DNA of 64,000 nucleotides from Candidatus Poriferihabitaceae bacterium (GTDB taxonomy: Bacteria; Pseudomonadota; Gammaproteobacteria; Arenicellales; Poriferihabitantaceae): contig OZ243941.1 in assembly GCA_965214205.1 (NCBI GenBank), positions 927,154-991,153 on the forward strand, written 5' to 3'. A model generated the notes under the pieces. It was not told where the DNA came from, searched no databases, and saw only the letters and a program-made list of their open reading frames with translations. The position numbers were made by a program, and so were the translations under genes. This document shows, one piece after another, positions 28,365-38,316 of the stretch (position 1 is the first letter of the stretch; every line of letters begins with the position of its first letter).

Positions 28365-29582
28365 ATGTCCCGAATCACTTCTGTAGTACGCGCCAATTCG
28401 CGCGAAGCGATCACCAGCCTGCGCGCGGCGCGCCTGCGTACTGTGCTCGGCCTGCTTGGCATCATGATCGGGATTTCGTCCGTTATCGCGATGGTTTCGC
28501 TCGGCGAGATCGCGAAACTGCAAGCCCGCAAACAGTTTGCCGCTATGGGCACCAATATTCTGGTCGTTCGCAAGTCTTATGACCAGGCGCCCACTACCGG
28601 AAAGGAAGTAGAAATCGGTTTGGTGGACGCTACAGAAATAGCGTATTCTGTGCCGTCCATTACCGATGCGACTGCCCGTATTTCCGGGTACGGGGATTTC
28701 CTGTACGGTGGCAAGGAAGTCGGACAAGGAGACATTCAGGGCGTCACTGAATCATTTGCCAGCGTCAATCTGCTCTCGGTACAGTCAGGACGTTTTATTT
28801 CTGATCTGGATATCGGGCGACCGTTCTGTGTGGTTGGCGCCACCATCGCGCAGGCGATGCGAGAGGCAGGCGCCACCGAAATTGAAGGGTCGCTGATTGA
28901 GCTGGACGACAACTTGTATACTGTGATTGGCTCCTTGAAATATGCACAGGAGAGCTACGCATTACCCGCCAGTATTTCTGCGAACGAATCCGTTTTCATT
29001 CCCATCAGTACCGCCAGCCGAGTGATTGAACCCCCCGAAATCAATGTCATTATTGCAAGGAGCCGGGAGGATGTCAGTCATGAAGTGGTCGCCGATGAGG
29101 TGCAGGATTACTTTCGCGGCAGAGACCCGGATTTGGTGGTGGATGTTGTCAGCGCCAAGCAGCTGATCCAGCAGATGGAATCACAACAGCAGCTTTTCAC
29201 TCTGCTGTTGGCGGCTATTGGCAGCATTTCCCTGGTTGTCGGTGGAATTGGCATTATGAACATCATGCTGGTTTCCGTCACCGAAAGACGGCGTGAGATC
29301 GCCATTCGCCGGGCGCTCGGCGCCAGACGCGGAGATATCCAGAGTCAATTCCTGATTGAGTCAGTGATTCTGACGATAACAGGAGGCGTGCTCGGTGTGG
29401 TATTCGGTATGATCGCGACTTATGTGGCCTGTCAATTTACAGGATGGGATTTCCACGTCTCATGGCTATCCGTAATCATCGGATTCGGCACGGCTACACT
29501 CGCTGGCCTGTTTTTCGGGTTTCAACCCGCATGGCAGGCTGCGCGACTCGACCCCATTGCAGGGTTGCAAAGCGGCGGTTGA
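28365..29582 (+). CDS. MacB-family ABC permease
   Basis: LGIMIGISSV, large periplasmic domain, SLVVGGIGIMNIMLVSVTERRREIAIRRALGA, PAWQAARLDP. Confidence 0.92.
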   Translation: MSRITSVVRANSREAITSLRAARLRTVLGLLGIMIGISSVIAMVSLGEIAKLQARKQFAAMGTNILVVRKSYDQAPTTGKEVEIGLVDATEIAYSVPSITDATARISGYGDFLYGGKEVGQGDIQGVTESFASVNLLSVQSGRFISDLDIGRPFCVVGATIAQAMREAGATEIEGSLIELDDNLYTVIGSLKYAQESYALPASISANESVFIPISTASRVIEPPEINVIIARSREDVSHEVVADEVQDYFRGRDPDLVVDVVSAKQLIQQMESQQQLFTLLLAAIGSISLVVGGIGIMNIMLVSVTERRREIAIRRALGARRGDIQSQFLIESVILTITGGVLGVVFGMIATYVACQFTGWDFHVSWLSVIIGFGTATLAGLFFGFQPAWQAARLDPIAGLQSGG

Positions 29583-29583
29583 C

Positions 29584-30480
29584 ATGAAACCGACATTTGA
29601 CAAAACCCTGGTGATCGCGATTTCTTCGCGCACCCTGTTTGACATGTCCGAGAGTCATACAGTCTTTGAGAAAGAAGGCATTGATGCCTATTGTAAATAC
29701 CAGATTGATCATGAGACCGAAAAGCTGGCTCCGGGGATCGCCTTCCCGATGGTCAAGAAGTTTCTCGCCCTCAATCAAAACACCGACAAGTATGCCCCGC
29801 ATGTGGAAATTGTCCTGATATCGCGCAACAGCGCCGATACCGGATTGCGCGTATTCAATTCGATTGAGCATTATGATCTCGGTATAACCCGTGCCGCCTT
29901 CACCGGAGGCAGTACGGCTTATCCGTATGTCGAGGCCTTCGGCGCCGACCTGTTTCTGTCGGCCGATCAGTCCGATGTTCGCAAGGCGCTGGAGGCAGGT
30001 CATGCGGCAGCCACCATATTGCCATCACGCTCGGACCAGTCGGATGTCGGTCAGCTGAAGATCGCTTTTGATGGCGATGCCGTCATTTTCTCGGATGAAG
30101 CAGAGCAGATTTTTCAGGAGAAAGGATTGAACGAGTTCACGAAAAATGAGAAGCAGGCCGCCAATCATCCACTGCCCGGCGGACCTTTCAGGAAATTTCT
30201 GTCCTCCCTGCATCAGATTCAACGCAATCATGAGGAATCACCGATACGAACCGCACTGATCACTGCCCGCGCCGCTCCCTGCCATGAGCGTGTCATCAAA
30301 ACCCTGCGTGCCTGGGAGGTGCGGATTGACGAGAGCTACTTCCTGGGCGGTATGGACAAGGCGGAATTTCTGAGAACCTTTGACGCGGACATTTTTTTTG
30401 ATGATCAGGCCGATAACTGTGAATCAACCAGAAAATATGTTCCGACCGGTCATGTGCCGAGTGGTGTCGTCAATCGCTGA
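29584..30480 (+). CDS. 5'-nucleotidase (cytosolic IA-like family)
   Basis: LVIAISSRTLF, SRNSADTGLR, IAFDGDAVIF, TARAAP, IFFDDQ. Confidence 0.88.
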   Translation: MKPTFDKTLVIAISSRTLFDMSESHTVFEKEGIDAYCKYQIDHETEKLAPGIAFPMVKKFLALNQNTDKYAPHVEIVLISRNSADTGLRVFNSIEHYDLGITRAAFTGGSTAYPYVEAFGADLFLSADQSDVRKALEAGHAAATILPSRSDQSDVGQLKIAFDGDAVIFSDEAEQIFQEKGLNEFTKNEKQAANHPLPGGPFRKFLSSLHQIQRNHEESPIRTALITARAAPCHERVIKTLRAWEVRIDESYFLGGMDKAEFLRTFDADIFFDDQADNCESTRKYVPTGHVPSGVVNR

Positions 30481-30489
30481 ATCTTCGGG

Positions 30490-31743
30490 TCAGGGTAGCA
30501 GTCGTTCCCCTGCATACAGAGAAGCCAACTCTTCCCGGGGTTTGATAACGTAGTATTGATCGCCGTCAACCATGACCTGTGCCGGGCGCGGACGTGCATT
30601 GTAATTCGAGCTCATCACAGCACAATACGCACCGCAGGTCCTGACGGCCAGTAAATCATTCTCCCGCACTCGCAGGGTACGCGCCTTGCCGAGGAAATCA
30701 CTGCTTTCACAGACCGGGCCGACTACGTCATACACTTCAGCTTGCGGTTCGGGGTTTTCCCGGACTTCGATAATCTCGTGCCGGGCCTGATACAGGGCAG
30801 GGCGCATCAGGTCATTCATGCCCGCATCCACCATACAAAAGTTCGAGGTTTCTGCCTTTTTCAGGTAATGCACGCGAGTCAGCAATATGCCAGCATTCGC
30901 CATGATCGCCCGTCCCGGTTCAATGGCGATTTGAATAGGCTCCTGTCGCTGCCGTAATTGGTCGAATACCATTTTCCCGTACTGGTCGGGAGTCGGTGGC
31001 TGCTCATCGAGATAGCGCACTCCGAGACCGCCTCCGAAATCAATCTGCGACAGCGCAATACCATGTTCCGCCAGCCGGTCAACGAAATCCAATACCCGTT
31101 GCAGGGCGTCGCGGTAGGGTGACAACTCAGTCAGTTGGGAACCGATGTGACAGGCCACGCCATGAATATCGAGATTCGGCTCCTTTGCCGCATGCAGATA
31201 GATGAGCAGAGCCTGGTCAGGTGACAGCCCGAACTTGTTGTCACGCAGGCCGGTCGATATGTAGGGGTGGGTTTTCGCATCAACGTCAGGGTTAATTCGT
31301 ACCGAGATTCTCGCAACCACGCCGAGCTCGCTGGCAATACGGCGGATGTGATCGACCTCGCCGCGGGATTCGATATTGAAGCGATCAACCCCGGATTCGA
31401 GCGCCAGACGGATTTCCCAATCCTGTTTGCATACCCCGGAGAAAATCACGCGGGACGGATCCCCTCCGGCCTGAATCACTTTCATCAGCTCGCCGCCCGA
31501 TACGATATCAAAGCCTGATCCCAGGCGAGCCAGCAGGTTGAGAACGGCCAGAGTATCGTTCGCCTTTACCGCATAGCAAATCTGGTGGGGGTGGTCGCCA
31601 AACGCATCATCAAAGGCGTGCCAGTGTCTTTCCAGAGTGGCGCGAGAGTAGATATAGCATGGCGTCCCGACTGCGCTGGCAATCTCCGCCGTATCCACAT
31701 TCTCGGCGCACAATGTGCCGTTGCGATAGGCAAAGTAGTCCAT
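30490..31743 (-). CDS. lysA: Diaminopimelate decarboxylase
   Basis: YAVKAN PLP lysine, HPYISTG, HIGSQ, EPGR, GPVCESSD. Confidence 0.96.
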   Translation of the reverse strand: MDYFAYRNGTLCAENVDTAEIASAVGTPCYIYSRATLERHWHAFDDAFGDHPHQICYAVKANDTLAVLNLLARLGSGFDIVSGGELMKVIQAGGDPSRVIFSGVCKQDWEIRLALESGVDRFNIESRGEVDHIRRIASELGVVARISVRINPDVDAKTHPYISTGLRDNKFGLSPDQALLIYLHAAKEPNLDIHGVACHIGSQLTELSPYRDALQRVLDFVDRLAEHGIALSQIDFGGGLGVRYLDEQPPTPDQYGKMVFDQLRQRQEPIQIAIEPGRAIMANAGILLTRVHYLKKAETSNFCMVDAGMNDLMRPALYQARHEIIEVRENPEPQAEVYDVVGPVCESSDFLGKARTLRVRENDLLAVRTCGAYCAVMSSNYNARPRPAQVMVDGDQYYVIKPREELASLYAGERLLP

Positions 31744-31751
31744 GTCATGGT

Positions 31752-31934
31752 TCAGGACAGATCAACCAGAGCGCTGGCCAGGCCCGCGTCCGCCGATTGC
31801 AGGGAAGACACTTCCGCCGACGGGTCAACCGGCTCCTGACTATTCTGCTCAGGCGGCAGATACAGGGGGCCTTTCTGGCCACAGGCGGTCAACCACGAAC
31901 AACCGAGCAGGCATACAATGAGTATTTTTTTCAT
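31752..31934 (-). CDS. lptM: Small lipoprotein LptM (YifL/LppL)
   Basis: LTACGQKGPLYLP motif directly upstream of lysA. Confidence 0.85.
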   Translation of the reverse strand: MKKILIVCLLGCSWLTACGQKGPLYLPPEQNSQEPVDPSAEVSSLQSADAGLASALVDLS

Positions 31935-31938
31935 GCTT

Positions 31939-33348
31939 TCATTCTACACCGGAAGCGGTCTCTCTGGCATCGAGTGATTGCCGTGCTTTTACGACCTGTT
32001 CACGGACTCTGGCCGGAGCGGTGGCGCCAAAATGATCGCGTGCATGGACCGATCCCTCAACCGTCAATATCTGGTACACATCCTCCTCGATCACATCACA
32101 GAATGCTCGCAACTGGTCGAGTTTCAGAGCCGACAGCGACTGCCCGCAAGCGATAGCATGGCTGACGATCCGGCCCACGATCTCGTGCGCATCCCGAAAC
32201 GGGATATTACGGCTGACCAGATAGTCGGCAAGATCGGTGGCCGTGGTATATCCGCGAGATGCCGCAAGCAGCATTGCATCGCGATGAATGGTGATTTGTG
32301 GAATCATTGCGGCGAAAACCTGGAGGCACAAAAGCAGGGTATCGACCGTATCGAACAGCGGTTCCTTGTCCTCCTGATTATCGCGGTTGTATGCCAGCGG
32401 CTGTCCCTTCATCAGAGTCATCAGAGCCATCAGATTACCGATTGCCCGTGCGCTCTTGCCACGAGCCAACTCCGCGACGTCAGGATTTTTCTTCTGTGGC
32501 ATGATGCTGGAACCAGTACAGAACGCATCCCCGGCATCGACAAAGCCGAAAGCATCCGAAGACCATAACACCAGTTCTTCCGATATACGGGACAGATGCA
32601 CCATCAAAAGAGCGCCATGGGAGAGAAACTCAACGATGAAGTCCCGGTCTGAAACGGCGTCCAGTGAATTACTGGCCACGCCGTCAAACTTAAGCTCGCG
32701 GGCAGTCATCTCCCGGTCAATCGGGAATCCGGTTCCGGCCAGCGCCGCGCTGCCGAGCGGGCAGATATTGACCCTGCGCCTGCATTCGCGCAATCGCTCG
32801 AAATCCCGCTCAAACATTTCGTTCCAGGCCAGAACGTGATGGCCGAAAGTAACCGGCTGCGCCGATTGCATGTGAGTATAGCCGGGCATGATGGTTTCAG
32901 CCTCGGCGCTGGCCAGCTCAACCAGCGTGTACTGGAGCCGGGTTAGCTTACCGCAGATGCGGTCCAGCTGCTGTCGCAGATACAGCCTCATGTCGGTCGC
33001 AATCTGGTCATTGCGGCTACGTCCGGTATGGAGTTTTTTACCGGCCTCACCGACTCGCCCGGTCAGCGCCGATTCGATATTCAGATGGACATCCTCCAGG
33101 TCTTCCCGCCAGTTGAACTGCCCATTCTCTATTTCGCGGCGAATCTCTTCGAGACCGTCTCTGATCTGATCAAAATCAGCTTGGGAGATGATCTGCTGTT
33201 TAGCCAGCATCCGGGCATGAGCGATTGAGCCAGCAATATCCTGCTCGTACAGACGATGGTCAAAGCGGATGGATTGAGAATATTGCTCCATCAGCGAATC
33301 GGTGGGCACATCAAATCGACCCCCCCATAATTTTTTGCCTTTATTCAT
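31939..33348 (-). CDS. argH: Argininosuccinate lyase
   Basis: [34 protein letters not shown]. Confidence 0.97.
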   Translation of the reverse strand: MNKGKKLWGGRFDVPTDSLMEQYSQSIRFDHRLYEQDIAGSIAHARMLAKQQIISQADFDQIRDGLEEIRREIENGQFNWREDLEDVHLNIESALTGRVGEAGKKLHTGRSRNDQIATDMRLYLRQQLDRICGKLTRLQYTLVELASAEAETIMPGYTHMQSAQPVTFGHHVLAWNEMFERDFERLRECRRRVNICPLGSAALAGTGFPIDREMTARELKFDGVASNSLDAVSDRDFIVEFLSHGALLMVHLSRISEELVLWSSDAFGFVDAGDAFCTGSSIMPQKKNPDVAELARGKSARAIGNLMALMTLMKGQPLAYNRDNQEDKEPLFDTVDTLLLCLQVFAAMIPQITIHRDAMLLAASRGYTTATDLADYLVSRNIPFRDAHEIVGRIVSHAIACGQSLSALKLDQLRAFCDVIEEDVYQILTVEGSVHARDHFGATAPARVREQVVKARQSLDARETASGVE

Positions 33349-33353
33349 TTCGA

Positions 33354-33965
33354 TCAGCCGATACGAGAGATTTTAAGCAGTTTTTTCAGGTCTTTCAGGA
33401 GTAAACGCGGATCCAGGTCCGCGGGAATCACCATCATGGCATTACCCAGCGGATCAATCAAGATAGCGTCATCGCCGCCGATGCCATTCTTGTTGAAGAT
33501 GGAGCGGATCTGATTTTCCAGACCCTGGCCTGAATCGATCAGGAAGCTGGCATCCACATGTTCGGGCCGCAGCCGGTCCAGCAGATCCGGGTCCTGCAGG
33601 ATCAGATACCGTTGAATCCGGTTGCCGTCCTTACCAACCGCAATGCGTGTCTGGCGGGTATTGTAGAGTGATTTCCGGCAGGCATCGCCGCAGGGCTGTC
33701 TGACCAGATGCACCACCGTCCAGAATTTCTGCAGCGACTCCAGATCGGCCAGTTGCTGATCATAACGCCTGTTCTCGAATACTTCGAGCGGTACAGCCGG
33801 CTGGATCAGGGGCGCATGATTCGACTGGCCCGCCGGAGCCTGACTGGCATCGAATCCGTAGTACCAGATAAAGGAGGCCAACAGAGGGCCCAGAAAAACC
33901 GAAATAACCAGGATCAGTTTCAGTCTGGATACCAGTATGCCCGGCTTTTTTGAATCAGTTTTCAC
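33354..33965 (-). CDS. SCO-like membrane-anchored protein of the cox cluster
   Basis: N-terminal TM helix, CGDAC (CxxxC), [22 protein letters not shown]; follows SURF1. Confidence 0.7.
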   Translation of the reverse strand: MKTDSKKPGILVSRLKLILVISVFLGPLLASFIWYYGFDASQAPAGQSNHAPLIQPAVPLEVFENRRYDQQLADLESLQKFWTVVHLVRQPCGDACRKSLYNTRQTRIAVGKDGNRIQRYLILQDPDLLDRLRPEHVDASFLIDSGQGLENQIRSIFNKNGIGGDDAILIDPLGNAMMVIPADLDPRLLLKDLKKLLKISRIG

Positions 33966-33978
33966 TGGTTATCCGATG

Positions 33979-34782
33979 TCATGAGGATTGTTGTTTACGG
34001 CTGCTTTTCAGCCAGATGATCCCGAAAACAATCAGCGTCACGGCCAGTCCCCACCATTGCGCGGCATAGCCGATATGGCGGGTCGCGTTCATTGTGTATG
34101 GTTTCCAGATTCTGGTCAACGCCTGACTTTCGCCGGGGGCAATAACCAGAACGGCGGGAGCCAGATCGAAGCCGAGCGCTTGCGCCAGCCCGGCACGGTC
34201 GAAATACTGGATACGCCTGGGCCAGGCCGATTGATCGGTGAAGGCCGGTCCCAGAGTGAACCCGGTTTCAGGGATTGTCAACTGCCCCTTGACGGTGACA
34301 CGGTCGGCGGCGCCCGTACCAACGGCGCCCCCGTCCGTACCGTCACCCGCCTTTCGTAGGGGCGGGTCTCCGTGTCCGCCCGTGATATTACCGTCAGCGC
34401 CCGTACTCATGCCCGTACCCGGCAATGTCTCTACCTCCGTACTCCAACCGAGGTTGACCAACATCACCGTATCATCCTCTTCCAACATGAATGGCGCCCA
34501 TACTTCATGTCCCGCTACCCCGTTATAAACACGATTCTCCATCAGAAACACTCTCTCCGGCAGCCACCTCCCGTCCAACTCAACCTGTCGGCGGTTCAAT
34601 GTCTGCCAGTCCTCCCTGGACCGATCCAGCCTGACCCGGCTGTCTCCCCCGGCTACGAGCTGTCGGTCGATGACCTGCTTTTCAAGTCCGCGAACAAGCT
34701 GCCAGCCTCCCAGTAGAATGAGTATGCCCAATCCCGCGAAGTACAGGGTAAGAATGACAATTTTTGCTGGTTTTTTGTTCAT
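33979..34782 (-). CDS. SURF1-family cytochrome oxidase assembly protein with an internal Gly-rich insertion
   Basis: LGGWQLVRG, LVNLGW, HIGYAAQWWGLA; extra segment GTGMSTGADG...GTGAADR. Confidence 0.85.
   Translation of the reverse strand: MNKKPAKIVILTLYFAGLGILILLGGWQLVRGLEKQVIDRQLVAGGDSRVRLDRSREDWQTLNRRQVELDGRWLPERVFLMENRVYNGVAGHEVWAPFMLEEDDTVMLVNLGWSTEVETLPGTGMSTGADGNITGGHGDPPLRKAGDGTDGGAVGTGAADRVTVKGQLTIPETGFTLGPAFTDQSAWPRRIQYFDRAGLAQALGFDLAPAVLVIAPGESQALTRIWKPYTMNATRHIGYAAQWWGLAVTLIVFGIIWLKSSRKQQSS
34356..34381 (+). repeat. REP-like (GTAG-family) palindromic element inside the SURF1 gene
   Basis: GTAG followed by the hairpin GGGCGGG-TCTCCGTG-TCCGCCC; located in the low-complexity insertion. 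Confidence 0.5.
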
Positions 34783-34827
34783 TTTCGTGATGATATGCCA
34801 GTCTGCCATCCATCATCGGTTCCGGAC

Positions 34828-35037
34828 ATGTTTTTCAAGATTATACTGGTTGCCCTGTTACTGTTCGTCGTCGTCAGTCTGTTTACCGCATTCTACTATA
34901 TGGTGAAAGACCCGTCCGGTTCTACCCGAATCGTCAAATCACTGTTTATCCGGGTTGGATTGTCGCTGTTCATCATGGCGCTGCTGATCTTGGGCGCCAA
35001 AATGGGCTGGGTGACACCGCATGGGTTCGGGCAGTAG
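34828..35037 (+). CDS. Twin transmembrane helix small protein (DUF2909-like)
   Basis: Two TM helices, SLFIRVGLS, GWVTPH; oppositely oriented between coxC and SURF1, the conserved position. Confidence 0.82.
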   Translation: MFFKIILVALLLFVVVSLFTAFYYMVKDPSGSTRIVKSLFIRVGLSLFIMALLILGAKMGWVTPHGFGQ

Positions 35038-35145
35038 AAAAGCGCCGGGAACCAGCCGGATTGCGGGAAGATCAGGACGGCGCGGTTCCGTAAAAAACGT
35101 GCGGGGGCGCTGGCCCGACAACCCGGCTCCGGCCCCAGGGTTTAT

Positions 35146-36012
35146 TTACAGGATATAGACAAAAATAAACAGTCCCAGCCAGACCACATCGACGAAGTGC
35201 CAGTACCAGGCGGCGGCCTCGAAGGCGAAATGACGTTGTGCGGTGAAATGCCCCTTGATCGCGCGAAACAGCATCACAGTCAGTATGATAGCGCCGAGGG
35301 TTACGTGCATACCGTGGAACCCGGTCAGCATGAAGAACGTCGAACCGTAGATGCCACTGGTCAGTTTCATGCCTTCATGGTAGGCCTCGACATACTCCAC
35401 GCCCTGTAGGTATACGAACAGGAAGCCCAGGGTCACCGTCAGGAACAGGCCGATGATGATTTGCGCCCGATGCTGCGTCTTGATTGCATGGTGCGCCCAG
35501 GTCACGGTCAGGCCGGAGGTCAGCAGGATTACCGTATTGATGAACGGCAACGGCCACCAGCCCATGTGGAAATCACTTTCGCCTAGATCACCGGGGCCGT
35601 TGGTCGGCCATATCTCTTTGTAATCACTCCACAGGTAGGTATGTGTAGACGCTCCCGAGCCTTCACCCAACAGCCACGGAACGGACAATTCCCGAGCATA
35701 GTACAAGGCTCCGAAAAATGCCGCGAAAAACATCACTTCAGAAAAAATGAACCAGACCATCCCCATGCGAAAAGAGGTATCTTCCCAGGATTTGTAGGTG
35801 CCGGACTCACTTTCATTAATTACCGTACCGAACCAGCCGAACAGCATCACGACGAAAAGCGCAAAACCCGCCACGGTGAATTTCATGCCGATCTCACTGC
35901 CGTTCAGGTAGGCCCCGAATCCGCCCGTCATCAGGGTGAGCGCAATGGAACCGACGATCGGCCACTTTGCGGCTTCCGGAACATAGTAATGACCGCGCGC
36001 TGTTTCTGACAT
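35146..36012 (-). CDS. coxC: Cytochrome c oxidase subunit III
   Basis: WFIFSEVMFF, TGFHGMHV, AAWYWHFVDVVWL. Confidence 0.95.
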   Translation of the reverse strand: MSETARGHYYVPEAAKWPIVGSIALTLMTGGFGAYLNGSEIGMKFTVAGFALFVVMLFGWFGTVINESESGTYKSWEDTSFRMGMVWFIFSEVMFFAAFFGALYYARELSVPWLLGEGSGASTHTYLWSDYKEIWPTNGPGDLGESDFHMGWWPLPFINTVILLTSGLTVTWAHHAIKTQHRAQIIIGLFLTVTLGFLFVYLQGVEYVEAYHEGMKLTSGIYGSTFFMLTGFHGMHVTLGAIILTVMLFRAIKGHFTAQRHFAFEAAAWYWHFVDVVWLGLFIFVYIL

Positions 36013-36032
36013 AGGTTGTGCCTCTGTGTGAT

Positions 36033-36557
36033 TTAGTTGATTCGACTGTTTACATCAAAAAAAGTATAGGAAAGCGTCACCGTGCCAATATCTTCGGGTA
36101 ACGCCGGATCCACTACAAAAGTGAGGGGCATCCGCTTCTGCTGATTTGCCTCGAACACCTGCTGGTTGAAGCAGAAACATTCGATTTTGTTGAAGTGGGT
36201 GGCCGCCTTCGCTGGCGCGACACTCGGTATCGCCTGACCGACCATGACCTGATCCCGTTGATTGGTGGCAATGTATTGCGCCGTATATTGCCGACCCGGA
36301 TTGACGGTCATTTTCTTGACCTCGGGGCTGAAATCCCACGGCGCGTTCTGATTCACGGAACTCACAAACTCAACCTTGACCAGCCGGTCCGGGTCCACCT
36401 CGAGAACGTTCGCCTGGGCTTCGCTGGTGCGGCCGGTTTTTCCATTCAGGCCGGTCAGATCGCAGAATACATCATAAATCGGCACCATCAGATAACCGAA
36501 GCCGAACATCGCAACCGGGATCAGGAACAGATGCCATGTATTGATCTTTTTCTTCAT
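36033..36557 (-). CDS. ctaG: Cytochrome c oxidase assembly protein CtaG/Cox11
   Basis: VPIYDVFC, GQAIPSVAP, KIECFCF, TLSYTFF; start placed at MKKKIN. Confidence 0.93.
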   Translation of the reverse strand: MKKKINTWHLFLIPVAMFGFGYLMVPIYDVFCDLTGLNGKTGRTSEAQANVLEVDPDRLVKVEFVSSVNQNAPWDFSPEVKKMTVNPGRQYTAQYIATNQRDQVMVGQAIPSVAPAKAATHFNKIECFCFNQQVFEANQQKRMPLTFVVDPALPEDIGTVTLSYTFFDVNSRIN

Positions 36558-36673
36558 TACAGTCGGCCCGTACCGGCCATGAAAATAAATCCGAAATAGA
36601 TCAGGCCGGCGACGGCAAACAATATGATTATCGTCATCCTGGCATTTTTCGCCGCAGAGCGCCCCATCATCAT
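36557..36673 (-). CDS. 38-aa single-TM small protein between coxA and ctaG (below the ORF-track cutoff)
   Basis: Manual translation MMMGRSAAKNARMTIIILFAVAGLIYFGFIFMAGTGRL*; the stop overlaps the ctaG start (TAATG). Confidence 0.7.
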   Translation of the reverse strand: MMMGRSAAKNARMTIIILFAVAGLIYFGFIFMAGTGRL

Positions 36674-36691
36674 GTCCTGCCTGAAGAACCT

Positions 36692-38278
36692 TTACTTGAT
36701 GATCGGTTGCGGGTCGAAGGTATGGTATGGCGGGGGTGAACTGACGCTCCACTCCAGGCCCTGCGCTCCCTCCCAGACCTGGTCGGTGGCCTTTTCACCG
36801 CCGCGAATGCATTTGACCACAAGAACCAGCAACAGAATCTGCGAAAAGCCGAAACCAAACGCGCCGATGGTCGCGATCTGGTTGAAATCGGCAAACTGCA
36901 CCGCATAGTCCGGAATCCGTCTCGGCATACCCGCGAGACCGACAAAGTGCATCGGGAAGAACAGGATATTGACAAAAATCGTGGATGTCCAGAAATGGAT
37001 TTTGCCAAGCCTTTCATCGTACATGTGGCCGGTCCACTTGGGCAGCCAGTAATACACTCCACCGATGATGCCGAAGATCGCGCCCGGAACCAGTACATAA
37101 TGGAAGTGGGCCACCACGAAATAGGTGTCATGGTACTGGAAATCAATCGGTGTCATCGCCAGCATCAGGCCGGAGAATCCTCCGATCGTGAACATGATGA
37201 CGAAACCCAGCGCAAACAGCATCGGAGTCTCGAATGTCATCGCGCCCCGCCACATCGTTGATACCCAGTTGAACACCTTCACCCCGGTTGGAACCGCGAT
37301 CAACATGGTAGTGAACATAAAGAAGATTTCCCCGGTCAGCGGCATGCCCACGGTAAACATGTGATGGGCCCATACGATGAAGGACAGGAACGCGATGGAC
37401 GCGGTTGCGTAAACCATGGAACTGTACCCGAACAGCCGCTTGCGGGAGAAGGTCGGAATGATCTCGGAAACCAGGCCGAACGACGGCAGGATCAGTATAT
37501 AGACTTCCGGATGTCCGAAGAACCAGAAGATATGCTGGAACATGACCGGGTCGCCGCCGCCGGCCGCGTCAAAGAAACTGGTGCCGAAGTATTTGTCCGT
37601 CAGCAGCATGGTCACGGCGCCCGCCAGTACCGGCATTACCGCGATCAGCAGATAAGCGGTGATAAACCAGGTCCAGACGAACAGGGGCATTTTCATGAAC
37701 GTCATGCCCGGCGCCCGCAGGTTCATGATCGTGGCTATGATGTTGATGGCGCCCATGATCGAGGATACGCCCAGCAGGTGGATGGAAAAAATCAGGTATG
37801 GAAAGGCGTTGCCGGTTTGCAGGGACAAGGGTGGATACAGGGTCCAGCCCGCCGCCGGTCCGCCGCCTTCCATGAACAATGTGCAAAGCATCATGCTGAA
37901 CCCGAAAGGCAGTATCCAGAAACTCCAGTTGTTCATCCTGGGCAAGGCCATGTCCGGCGCGCCGACCATCATGGGCAGCATCCAGTTGGCCAGTCCGACA
38001 AACGCCGGCATCACCACGCCAAAAATCATCACCAGCGCATGCAGCGTCGTCATCTGGTTGAAGAAATGCGGGTCCACGATCTGCAATCCGGGTTGAAACA
38101 GTTCGGCCCGGATCACCAGCGCCATGGCGCCGCCAATAAAGAACATGATCAGCGAAAACCACAGGTAAAGCGTGCCGATATCCTTGTGGTTGGTGGTCGT
38201 CACCCAGCGCATCAGTCCGGGCGCCGGACCATGGTCATGATGGTCGTCATGATGGGCGGTAGTTGCGTATGCGTTCAT
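36692..38278 (-). CDS. coxA: Cytochrome c oxidase subunit I (A1 type)
   Basis: TNHKDIG, WFFGHPEVY, WAHHMF, VVAHFHY, GMPRR. Confidence 0.97.
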   Translation of the reverse strand: MNAYATTAHHDDHHDHGPAPGLMRWVTTTNHKDIGTLYLWFSLIMFFIGGAMALVIRAELFQPGLQIVDPHFFNQMTTLHALVMIFGVVMPAFVGLANWMLPMMVGAPDMALPRMNNWSFWILPFGFSMMLCTLFMEGGGPAAGWTLYPPLSLQTGNAFPYLIFSIHLLGVSSIMGAINIIATIMNLRAPGMTFMKMPLFVWTWFITAYLLIAVMPVLAGAVTMLLTDKYFGTSFFDAAGGGDPVMFQHIFWFFGHPEVYILILPSFGLVSEIIPTFSRKRLFGYSSMVYATASIAFLSFIVWAHHMFTVGMPLTGEIFFMFTTMLIAVPTGVKVFNWVSTMWRGAMTFETPMLFALGFVIMFTIGGFSGLMLAMTPIDFQYHDTYFVVAHFHYVLVPGAIFGIIGGVYYWLPKWTGHMYDERLGKIHFWTSTIFVNILFFPMHFVGLAGMPRRIPDYAVQFADFNQIATIGAFGFGFSQILLLVLVVKCIRGGEKATDQVWEGAQGLEWSVSSPPPYHTFDPQPIIK

Positions 38279-38316
38279 CTTTATTTTCCCCGGTATCTGT
38301 TCTCGTAATTTGCGGG

